From Pontiella sp. (GTDB lineage Bacteria > Verrucomicrobiota > Kiritimatiellia > Kiritimatiellales > Pontiellaceae), in NCBI GenBank assembly GCA_050290185.1, contig JBNKHE010000002.1:1-64000 (forward strand): DNA of 64,000 nt, written 5' to 3'. Position numbers and translations under genes: made by a program. The stretch's first letter is position 1, and each line of letters starts with the position of its first letter. This document shows positions 1 to 7,768 of this stretch, one piece after another. Below the pieces are notes generated by a model, which was not told where the DNA came from, ran no database searches, and was given only the letters and a program-made list of their open reading frames with translations.

Positions 1-474
1 ATGCACCTGATCAGCCACAGCTTCAAGGAACACCGCACGATCAAGGGTGGCCGTAGCGCATCGGCATGGCACCTGCCCTGCCGCAAGGTGAAAATCATCT
101 CCCAGGACTATGATTACTTCAACCCCGCCATCCTGCGACCGCGCGACATTGCGGTCATCGGCGCGGGTTCCCATAAGCGCGTGAAGAAGATCATCGAATA
201 CAACCGATCACTGCCGGATGAAAAGCTTGGCGGCCTGATTCTCACCTGCGCCAATGATGAGTCGCCCGATGCGAACACCATCGAGTTGCTTGCCAACAGC
301 TACCTGCCAGCCATTGCCGTGCCGAAGGACACCGCCGACACCGATACAACGCTCTACAAATGCTTCAGCAACACCAAGCTCCAGCTCTACGACCGGATGA
401 AGCACAAACTCATTGTCGATCTCTTCGCCGAGCACTTCGACGCAAAACGCTTCATCCGCACCTTCGGATTGTAG
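1..474 (+). CDS. 5'-truncated phosphotransacetylase-N/DRTGG-domain family protein (C-terminal part)
   Basis: ORF runs off the window start. The GGLILT...LPAIAVPKDT...KLQLYD.MKHKLIVDLFAEHFD pattern resembles C-termini of AAA_26+DRTGG proteins. Confidence 0.55.
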   Translation: MHLISHSFKEHRTIKGGRSASAWHLPCRKVKIISQDYDYFNPAILRPRDIAVIGAGSHKRVKKIIEYNRSLPDEKLGGLILTCANDESPDANTIELLANSYLPAIAVPKDTADTDTTLYKCFSNTKLQLYDRMKHKLIVDLFAEHFDAKRFIRTFGL

Positions 475-693
475 ATCCTACCTGCAGCCCGATCTGGTAG
501 AACTTCGTCTCGATCGACAAGGTCAGGGCGGTGTAGGTGTTGTACGGAGGCAGGATGGAGAAAACTGAAAAATCGCTACCATCCATGCAGTGCATTCCCA
601 AGTCGTTCCCGCCGATAACCTGCCACTCCGCCGCCCTCAAGGCCGGGGTCGCACATACCTTGCAAGTAGAATGAGGAGTCTTATGGTTTTCAT
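452..693 (-). pseudogene. Frameshifted, truncated remnant of a secreted NDLGMHC-domain (multiheme cytochrome c-type N-terminal) gene
   Basis: ATG at 693 gives MKTIRLLILLA, then a frame change gives VCATPALRAAEWQVIGGNDLGMHCMDGSDFSVFSILPPYNT, ending soon after and overlapping the convergent gene. Confidence 0.55.
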
Positions 694-906
694 AGCTTTC
701 ACCTTTTTTGATTTCCGCCGGAACCTACCACCCACCTTTTATTTGTAAATCATAATATTTTAAACTTGCAGCCAACAAACCGCGCTGCTCATCGAGCGAA
801 TTATTAGGAGATAGATCACTATTTAATTGCCCATCCAATGCCCGCAAGTCTCTTGCCAAAGCTTAAAAAAGCACCCGCATTTCAGGGATTCTCCCCTCTC
901 CAGCGC

Positions 907-933
907 AAAAAAAAGAGGAGCCAAAGCTCCTCT
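907..933 (-). terminator. Intrinsic terminator of the 961..1212 gene
   Basis: AGAGGAGC-caaa-GCTCCTCT hairpin with an A8 tract on + (U tract on -). Confidence 0.75.
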
Positions 934-960
934 CAACGCGTCGCGTTCAGCCAACGCGTT

Positions 961-1212
961 CTATTCCTGACAGGATCCGTCGCGGGCACGGGTGCGATCC
1001 TGATCCTTCTGTTTATCTCCCGAACTGTCGCGGGTACGATCTCTCTGCCTGTCGCCCGTGCAATCGCGGGTCTGGTCTGCCTGCAAGCAGCTTCCATCGC
1101 GGGCACGGTCGCGATCTCGATCGCCTCCGCCGCCGTTGCCCTTCTGGGCTTCTGCGGCAATTGAACCCATTAGCATGGCTGTTGCGATGATCATGATGTA
1201 TTTTGTTCTCAT
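961..1212 (-). CDS. Small secreted Arg/Asp/Gly-rich peptide with repeated RDGSC motifs (83 aa)
   Basis: GGAGG RBS at 1220-1224 and ATG at 1212. Signal peptide MRTKYIMIIATAMLMGSIAAEA. RARDGSC occurs twice. Has its own promoter and terminator. Confidence 0.75.
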   Translation of the reverse strand: MRTKYIMIIATAMLMGSIAAEAQKGNGGGGDRDRDRARDGSCLQADQTRDCTGDRQRDRTRDSSGDKQKDQDRTRARDGSCQE

Positions 1213-1252
1213 GGCGAATCCTCCTTGGTTAGATGTCCCATGTGTACATGGG

Positions 1253-1280
1253 ATACACCGACACCTGACCAAAAGTCACA
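1253..1280 (-). promoter_or_regulatory. ECF-type promoter copy 1 (TGTGAC-N16-GTGTAT)
   Basis: Same hexamer and 16-nt spacing as the copies at 1678-1705 and 3471-3498. Confidence 0.7.
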
Positions 1281-1329
1281 TCCCCTGATTCCATATCTGG
1301 ACAACCATGGAAACACCCTGCGGAACCAC

Positions 1330-1355
1330 AAAAAAAGAGGGCCCGCAAGCCCTCT
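1330..1355 (-). terminator. Intrinsic terminator of the 1380..1637 gene
   Basis: AGAGGGC-ccgcaa-GCCCTCT hairpin with an A tract on +. Confidence 0.7.
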
Positions 1356-1379
1356 CTTCAGATGAATGTAGATTGCTAT

Positions 1380-1637
1380 TTACTCAGCACAACTTCCATC
1401 ACGTTTCTGGTCCTTCTGACCGGCGCCCTTGCCGCCCCCCTTGCGGGCTTGCTGCCCGGAACCGGAACCATCGCAATTTCTGTCGCGGGAACAGGTCTGC
1501 TTCTGTTCGCATTTGCCCTTGCGCTGCCCGCTACCGGAACCATCACAGGTTCCCGTGCCGTTGCCCGCCATGGCATTCGATACCATGAATGCCGCTGTGG
1601 CCGCGATGAGTGTGACTACGAGATGTTTTACTTTCAT
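1380..1637 (-). CDS. Small secreted Gly/Cys-rich peptide with CDGSGSG and RDGSC motifs (85 aa)
   Basis: AAGGAG RBS and signal peptide ending AMA. CDGSGSGQ occurs twice. C-terminal RDGSCAE matches RDGSCQE of the neighbouring gene. Confidence 0.8.
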   Translation of the reverse strand: MKVKHLVVTLIAATAAFMVSNAMAGNGTGTCDGSGSGQRKGKCEQKQTCSRDRNCDGSGSGQQARKGGGKGAGQKDQKRDGSCAE

Positions 1638-1677
1638 TGATTACTCCTTTGCTTGTTTTTCCCCGTTTTCATTGGCC

Positions 1678-1705
1678 TTACAACCGCCATGGGGAAAACG
1701 TCACA
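1678..1705 (-). promoter_or_regulatory. ECF-type promoter copy 2 (TGTGAC-N16-TTGTAA)
   Basis: Motif shared with two other sites in the cluster; about 40 nt upstream of ATG 1637. Confidence 0.7.
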
Positions 1706-1729
1706 AAAAATAATCGATATGGACTGAAA

Positions 1730-2437
1730 CTACCTGGATGAAATCCAAAGCGTGGCATAGACCGTCTCAAAATCCAGCCCCTTTGCCAGCCCGCGCTTGA
1801 GGACTCCGACCGCCCGGAACATCTCGTGCCGGTTTAGGTTCCGATCTAGAAAATCGATCAGGACTCGCCGGATATCTTCGTCCTCGAAGCCTTCAAGATG
1901 AAGCGTCTCCGCCACTTCCATAGCGTGCGCCAGACGCCCTAGCTTCCGGTGGCCATTGTGTTGAAATACATTGGTGACCACCTCGGGATCCAACCCGCTT
2001 TCAAGTGCCATTCCGGTATTCTCAAGAAGCATCGCCGGCCCCGCCCCGTGTCCTTCGCCCACCTCGGGGATCATGGAAACCATGACCTTCGCCTGTCTCA
2101 TGCATGCGAGACGCGCTTCGGCGGCCATCAGGATATTGGTAATCCCCACCTGCTTGGCCAGCCCTTCGTCGATTTTTTCGTAGATGCAACCGACTGGCAG
2201 GTTCTCGGCCTTTGCGGCATAAACCGGTGCGAGAAGCCGGTCCGCATCCGCAACACTCAGGCCGCGAAGACGGCAGACATCCATCGTTTGATCCACCTGC
2301 TCCGTCGTCACACCTAGGCAGGCGTTCTTACCCTTTAGTTCAGACCAGTTTCGCGGTCCGTGCCCTCCCGGCGCAGCCAAGGCCGAACCGGTTATAACCG
2401 CACCCAGCAGCAGTATATTAAGCATTGTTTTCATCAT
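1730..2437 (-). CDS. Secreted helical hypothetical protein in the ECF operon
   Basis: 235-aa ORF with a signal peptide, overlapping the end of the anti-sigma gene. Confidence 0.75.
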   Translation of the reverse strand: MMKTMLNILLLGAVITGSALAAPGGHGPRNWSELKGKNACLGVTTEQVDQTMDVCRLRGLSVADADRLLAPVYAAKAENLPVGCIYEKIDEGLAKQVGITNILMAAEARLACMRQAKVMVSMIPEVGEGHGAGPAMLLENTGMALESGLDPEVVTNVFQHNGHRKLGRLAHAMEVAETLHLEGFEDEDIRRVLIDFLDRNLNRHEMFRAVGVLKRGLAKGLDFETVYATLWISSR

Positions 2438-2936
2438 AGACCTGAATTACCGCATTTACGTTTCCAAAACCGTCCGGCCGCAGCGTAGCCGCCTTGGGAT
2501 CCGCGATCCATCGCTCACCATCCACCAGAAAGATATATTCGTACCGGCCTTCCGGCAGATCGACCGTAGCCGTCCAATGGCCCGAAGCATCCGGACCATT
2601 CAGCACAATGTCGCCCGGCTTCCAGTTGTTGAACGTTCCCAGCAGTTCAACCTGATCCGCGCCGGGAGCATGCAGCTCGAAATGGAAGGTGACCAGCTGT
2701 GCCGCTGCTGGAGCCTCCGCTGCCGGGCGGACGCGATTGATACCGAGCATCACCACCAGCATAGCCGTAGCCCCTGCCAGGGCGGGAATCATCCATGGGC
2801 GCTGCCGGCACCACCAGCCGGGCTGCGGTGCGGTCCGCCAGGCGGGTAGCGAATCCATGACCCGTGTTTCAAAATCCTCCGGCGCCTTCGTCCCGTGCCG
2901 CTGAAGCCGATCGATCAGTTCGTCATGCTTTTTCAT
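2418..2936 (-). CDS. Putative anti-sigma factor with C-terminal CBM48/AMPK1 glycogen-binding-like domain
   Basis: N-terminal APEDFETRVM, one TM helix, then FELHAPGADQVELLGTFNNW...W...LPEGRYEYIFLVDGERWIADP...DGFG. Overlaps the sigma stop codon. Confidence 0.8.
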   Translation of the reverse strand: MKKHDELIDRLQRHGTKAPEDFETRVMDSLPAWRTAPQPGWWCRQRPWMIPALAGATAMLVVMLGINRVRPAAEAPAAAQLVTFHFELHAPGADQVELLGTFNNWKPGDIVLNGPDASGHWTATVDLPEGRYEYIFLVDGERWIADPKAATLRPDGFGNVNAVIQVYDENNA

Positions 2937-3459
2937 AATTCAACATCTCCGCTAGCTGGTTGCGCGCGCGCAACACGCGCATTTTGGCGGCGCTTACGCC
3001 TATACCGAGCACAGCCGCTATCTCGTCATAGGCCATGTCCTCCATGTACTTCAACCGGAGCGGTGCACTTAGTTTCACCGGCAGCCGGGCCATGGCACGC
3101 TCCAGTTCCTGATAGTCCGGATTATCACCGGAATGGCTGATCTCCGCTTCAACCTGATATTCATCTTCCAGGCGCTGGCGATGCACCCGTTTGCGAAACA
3201 GGTTCTTGGTCTGGTTGGCACAGATCCGCAGGAGCCACGACTTAAAGCTGTATTCCGGTTTATACTGGTTCAACTTTGCATAGGCACGAACGAAGGCCTC
3301 CTGAGCCATATCCGCAGCATCTGCATGGTTGTGGGTCATACTTACCGCCAATCCGAATACAGAATCCTGGTAACGCCGAACCAGCTGGGCAAAAGCTTCG
3401 CGGTTTCCCGTCAGGCAAGCTCCCACCAATTCCTTATCTGTCTGTTCTTCCATGGCCAT
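2923..3459 (-). CDS. ECF RNA polymerase sigma-70 factor
   Basis: D.ELV..CL.G.REAF..LV.RYQ, DAADMAQEAF, FKSWLLRI..N and region 4 YDEIA.VLG....AAKMR..RAR. The start is probably ATG 3465/3459/3453 rather than 3525 because the promoter lies at 3471-3498. Confidence 0.92.
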   Translation of the reverse strand: MAMEEQTDKELVGACLTGNREAFAQLVRRYQDSVFGLAVSMTHNHADAADMAQEAFVRAYAKLNQYKPEYSFKSWLLRICANQTKNLFRKRVHRQRLEDEYQVEAEISHSGDNPDYQELERAMARLPVKLSAPLRLKYMEDMAYDEIAAVLGIGVSAAKMRVLRARNQLAEMLNYEKA

Positions 3460-3470
3460 TCCCATAAACC

Positions 3471-3498
3471 TTACACCCGATCCCCCGCTGACGTCACA
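3471..3498 (-). promoter_or_regulatory. ECF-type promoter copy 3 (TGTGAC-N16-GTGTAA), putative autoregulatory site
   Basis: Immediately upstream of the sigma ATGs; same motif as the two copies before the peptide genes. Confidence 0.7.
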
Positions 3499-3578
3499 AT
3501 GCAGATCATTTTTTGGATCCTGCAAGGCATAACGAAATACCGGCCCTGAATATTAGTAATTTTTTATGTTTTTATATA

Positions 3579-3606
3579 TTGACATATTCTTATATCTGAA
3601 TATGTT
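3579..3606 (+). promoter_or_regulatory. Sigma70 promoter (TTGACA-N16-TATGTT) overlapped by the inverted repeat ACATATTC-N8-GAATATGT, putative ArsR operator
   Basis: Perfect 8-bp inverted repeat at 3582-3605 in an AT-rich intergenic region directly before the ArsR gene. Confidence 0.7.
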
Positions 3607-3613
3607 TATGCCC

Positions 3614-3940
3614 ATGAAGACCACGGAACTTAATTGCGCACTGAACCATCTCTCCGCCGACGTCGTGGGCAGCGCTGCGGAAATGCTGCGGACGCTGGCC
3701 CATCCCATGCGTTTAAGGATTGTCGATGCCTTGAATGCCGCCGACGAACTTCCGGTGGGCGCGATCACCGAACATCTGGGCATTGCCCAGGCGGCCACAT
3801 CGCAGCATCTCAACCACATGCGCCGCGTAGGGCTCGTCAAATCCGAGCGACGCGGCAAGGAGGTCTGGTACTCGATTGCCGACCGCCGCCCCATCGCCCT
3901 GCTCAACTGCATCTGCAATTGCTGTGATCGAAATGGATAG
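3614..3940 (+). CDS. ArsR/SmtB family transcriptional regulator with a C-terminal Cys cluster (CICNCC)
   Basis: LRTLAHPMRLRIV...SQHL..MR..GLVKSERRGKEVWYSI. Start uncertain (3608 or 3614). Confidence 0.9.
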   Translation: MKTTELNCALNHLSADVVGSAAEMLRTLAHPMRLRIVDALNAADELPVGAITEHLGIAQAATSQHLNHMRRVGLVKSERRGKEVWYSIADRRPIALLNCICNCCDRNG

Positions 3941-4015
3941 ACAATACACGGGTTGCCCCATAAGCTTTTAAGCCTTGGCTGACCCAATGAAATTGGTTTG
4001 AAACAAGGAACAAGT

Positions 4016-6979
4016 ATGAAACGACTTAAGATGACGAACTTCAGCGTCCGCTTTCCCTGGATTATAATGGGACTGGTTGTCGCCATGGTAATCGGCTTCG
4101 GATCCCAGTTTCCCAAGGTTAAATTCGACAACGACCCGGAAAACATGCTCGCCACGAACGAATACATCCGTGTCTTCCACAACAAGGTCAAGGCACAGTA
4201 CAACCTATACGACTTCGTTATCGTCGGCATCGTCAACGACACCAATCCGGACGGCATCTTCAATGTCGACACGTTGGGAAAAATCGATGAACTGACCCGC
4301 GAACTGAGTAGCCTGCACGAGAATGCCGACGGACTCCCGGAGGTCATGCGCAACGGAACACCCTATACTCCCGACCTGGAGCCCAAAAGCGGATGGAAAC
4401 GTGCCCTGGCCAAGCTGTTCAGTAGCGACGTCAACCGCCTGTTCGATGATCAGGGAAACTCCGCCATCATCGCGCCGGAAATCATCAGCCCCAGCGTAGT
4501 CGACAACATCAAGCAGGCCGCCCACGGCCAGCTGGCCATCGAATACCTCATGGAAGAACCGCCCGCAACCCGCGAGGAAGCGTTAGCGATCCGCAAGGAT
4601 GCCATGAACAATCCGCTCTACAAGGGCACCCTCGTTTCGGAAGACGGCAAGGCGATCGCGCTCTACATTCCCATCAAGGCCAAGACCTACTCCTACAACG
4701 TCGCCAATCTCGTCGAGCACCTGACGAAGGACTGGGACGATGCCGAACAGGTGTACATTACCGGACAGCCGGTGGCCCAGGATACCTTCGGGATCGAAAT
4801 GCTGGTGCAGATGGCCTCCTCCGCCCCGATGGCCGGACTCGCCATCTTTCTGCTCCTGCTCTTTTTCTTCCGCCGCCTTTCACTGATCATCGCCCCGATG
4901 CTTGTAGCCGTTGCCAGCGTCGTAGCGACCATGGGGCTGCTGATTGGACTGGGCTATCCGGTCCACATCATGAGCTCAATGATTGCCATCTTCCTCATGC
5001 CGATCTCGGTAGCTGACTCGGTTCATATCCTCAGCGAATTCTTCGACGCCTATCCCAAGTACCGCAACAAGGCGGAAACCATCAAGCATGTTGTCGGGCA
5101 CCTCTTCAAGCCAATGCTCTACACCTCGCTGACCACCATCGCCGGTTTTGCCTCGCTGGCCACCACGCCGATTCCGCCGGTCAAGGTATTCGGCCTGCAC
5201 GTCGCCTTCGGGGTTGCACTCGCCTGGGTGCTGACCATGACCTTCGTGCCCGCCTACATCATGCTCTTCGTCCGCACCAGGATGCTCGACCAGCTCAAGC
5301 CGGAATCCGAAGGGACACACGACCACGGCATGCTTGGCCGCTCGCTCGGCCGGCTCGGCAAGGTTTCCTACAATCACTGGAAACTGATTCTCGTGCTAAC
5401 CTCGATCGTGATTGCCGTCTCCGGATATGGAATTTCAAAAATCCAGGTCAACGATAATCCCGTCAAATGGTTTACGAAAAATCATCGCATCCGCGTCGCC
5501 GACCGGGTCCTCAATGACCACTTCGGCGGTACCTACACGGCCTACCTCACGCTCAAGCCGGAACAGACCCAGGCCCCTACCTGCGCGGAGCAGATTGACC
5601 TGATGCGCCAGGCCGCCATTAAGCGTTTCGGCAACACGCTGCCCGAAGCATCGCAGATCTTCCTCGCCCGGCTCGATCAGGTGAACGAGGAAGTGACTTC
5701 CGGAAAGTCCTTCGACGAAGAACGCTGCTTTGCGGACTTGGTTGAATTTGCCAAGGGACTCGACGAACAGGTCAGCGGCACATGGAACGCCATGGGTGAT
5801 ACCATCAACTATCTCGATCCTGAGGGACTGACAAAAGAAGCGATGCTCGAAGCAATCCAGAACGTCGGCGATGAAAAATCGAGGAGCCTGTTGGTTAAAA
5901 AGATCGAGACCTACCTGTCCGATCCGTCCAATCCGTCATCAGGGCCGGAGCTTCAGGAATTTGCTCTGGGCGTCTGCGACAACCAAACCGCACTCTCCTT
6001 CAGCGACTTCCTCTTCGAGGCGCGCGCCGACGCCATGGCCCCGCCCTTCAAGAAACCGGACTTGCTCGACTACGTCGCCCGTTTGCAGGACCACTTCAAA
6101 ACCGTTCCCGTCGTGGGCAAAACCAGCAGCGCCGTGGATGCCCTGAAGAAGGCAAACTACGAACTCAACTACGATGCCAACGCATCGGCGGAACGCAACG
6201 ACGCCTTCTACAACATACCGCCCAACCCGTCGGCAGTGGCCCAGGTATTCATCCAGCTCGAAGGGATGAAGAAAAAGGACAGCCTGTTCCATCTCATCAC
6301 CAAGGACTACGGCGAGATCAACATCTGGGTTCAGCTCAAGAGCGGCGATAACACCGATATGCAGGCGGTCGTCGCAGACGTGCAGCAATGGATGGCCGAA
6401 AATCCCGCGCCGGCCGAACTGGATGCGCAGTGGGCGGGACTGACCTACCTCAACGTCGTCTGGCAGAAAAAGATGGTCACTGGCATGTTCAGTTCGTTGT
6501 TCAGCAGTTTCGTGGTCGTACTCATCATGATGATGGTGCTGTTCCGCTCGCCGCTCTACGGCCTGCTCGCCATGATTCCGCTCACAGTCACGATCACCTT
6601 CATCTACGGACTCATTGGCCTGATCGGCAAAGACTACGACATGCCCGTCGCCGTCCTCTCCTCGCTGACGCTGGGCCTGAGCGTGGACTTTGCCATCCAC
6701 TTCCTCGAACGCGCCCGCGAACTGACCCGGCAATACGGCAGCTGGAAGGATGCGATCTGGCACATGTTCCAGGAACCGGCCATGGCGATCAGCCGCAATG
6801 CGATCATTATTTCGATCGGCTTCACACCGCTGCTCTTTGCACCGCTGGTGCCCTACAAGACGGTCGGCGTCTTCCTCGCCACCATCATGGTCGCGTCGTG
6901 GATCGCCACCCTCTTCATCCTCGCCGCCCTGATCACCGGACTGCAGAAATTTTTATTTAAACAGGAGAATAAATCATGA
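4016..6979 (+). CDS. MMPL/RND-family transporter
   Basis: Two TM bundles with ISVADSVHI and LGLSVDFAIHF motifs and two large periplasmic loops. RBS AAGGA before ATG 4016. Confidence 0.9.
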   Translation: MKRLKMTNFSVRFPWIIMGLVVAMVIGFGSQFPKVKFDNDPENMLATNEYIRVFHNKVKAQYNLYDFVIVGIVNDTNPDGIFNVDTLGKIDELTRELSSLHENADGLPEVMRNGTPYTPDLEPKSGWKRALAKLFSSDVNRLFDDQGNSAIIAPEIISPSVVDNIKQAAHGQLAIEYLMEEPPATREEALAIRKDAMNNPLYKGTLVSEDGKAIALYIPIKAKTYSYNVANLVEHLTKDWDDAEQVYITGQPVAQDTFGIEMLVQMASSAPMAGLAIFLLLLFFFRRLSLIIAPMLVAVASVVATMGLLIGLGYPVHIMSSMIAIFLMPISVADSVHILSEFFDAYPKYRNKAETIKHVVGHLFKPMLYTSLTTIAGFASLATTPIPPVKVFGLHVAFGVALAWVLTMTFVPAYIMLFVRTRMLDQLKPESEGTHDHGMLGRSLGRLGKVSYNHWKLILVLTSIVIAVSGYGISKIQVNDNPVKWFTKNHRIRVADRVLNDHFGGTYTAYLTLKPEQTQAPTCAEQIDLMRQAAIKRFGNTLPEASQIFLARLDQVNEEVTSGKSFDEERCFADLVEFAKGLDEQVSGTWNAMGDTINYLDPEGLTKEAMLEAIQNVGDEKSRSLLVKKIETYLSDPSNPSSGPELQEFALGVCDNQTALSFSDFLFEARADAMAPPFKKPDLLDYVARLQDHFKTVPVVGKTSSAVDALKKANYELNYDANASAERNDAFYNIPPNPSAVAQVFIQLEGMKKKDSLFHLITKDYGEINIWVQLKSGDNTDMQAVVADVQQWMAENPAPAELDAQWAGLTYLNVVWQKKMVTGMFSSLFSSFVVVLIMMMVLFRSPLYGLLAMIPLTVTITFIYGLIGLIGKDYDMPVAVLSSLTLGLSVDFAIHFLERARELTRQYGSWKDAIWHMFQEPAMAISRNAIIISIGFTPLLFAPLVPYKTVGVFLATIMVASWIATLFILAALITGLQKFLFKQENKS

Positions 6980-7752
6980 ATACAAAGTTACTGACCATCG
7001 CACTGACTACACTTACTGTAAGCACTTTTGCGGAACTTTCCGTGGACGAAATCGTGAACAAGGCCAACCAGGCGGCGTACTATGCCGGTCAAGACGGACG
7101 CGCCGAGGTCGAAATGAACATCATCGACAAGGATGGCGGAACCCGCACCCGCAAGTTTGCGCTCCTGCGCATGAACACCGACGGCGGCAACCAGAAGTTC
7201 TATGTCTACTTCAAGGAACCGGCCGACCTCTACAAGCAGGTATTCCTCGTCTGGAAAAATGTTGAAGGCAACGATAGCCGCTGGATGTGGCTGCCGGCGC
7301 TCAACCTCAAACGCGAAATCGCGCCCGGCGACAAGCGCACCTCGTTCGTCGGCTCCGACTTTGTCTACGAAGACGTCTCCGGACGAAACCTGAACGAAGA
7401 CACGCACGAGCTCGTGGAAACCACCGACACGCAATACGTGATCAAGAATACGCCCAAGAATCCCGGTGACGTGGAGTTTTCCTACTACACCGTCAAGATC
7501 GACAAGGATACCTTCCTGCCGCGGCAGGCCGAATACTACGACAAGAACGGCAAGCTCTACCGCACGGTAGAAGCCACCAAGACCGAAACCATCCAGGGCT
7601 TCCCGACCGTCACCGAATCCGTCGTCAAGGATCTCAAAACCGGCGGCTCCACCATCAACAAATTCAGCAATATCGAATACAACATCGGCCTCAAGGAAAA
7701 CATCTTCACCGAACGCTTCCTCCGCCGCCCGCCGCGCGAAGTCACCCGCTAA
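6976..7752 (+). CDS. Outer-membrane lipoprotein-sorting (LolA-like) protein
   Basis: Signal peptide; WMWLPAL..KREIA..DKRTSFVGSDF.YED and FTERFL motifs. ATGA overlap with the MMPL gene. Confidence 0.85.
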   Translation: MNTKLLTIALTTLTVSTFAELSVDEIVNKANQAAYYAGQDGRAEVEMNIIDKDGGTRTRKFALLRMNTDGGNQKFYVYFKEPADLYKQVFLVWKNVEGNDSRWMWLPALNLKREIAPGDKRTSFVGSDFVYEDVSGRNLNEDTHELVETTDTQYVIKNTPKNPGDVEFSYYTVKIDKDTFLPRQAEYYDKNGKLYRTVEATKTETIQGFPTVTESVVKDLKTGGSTINKFSNIEYNIGLKENIFTERFLRRPPREVTR

Positions 7753-7768
7753 ACATCGGAGTCAAAGC

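Noticed and set aside
961..1637. Small Cys-rich peptides as RiPP precursors for the radical SAM enzyme at 9693
   Set aside because: They carry Sec-type signal peptides, have no adjacent maturase, and the radical SAM is 8 kb away in another operon with no SPASM or RRE features.
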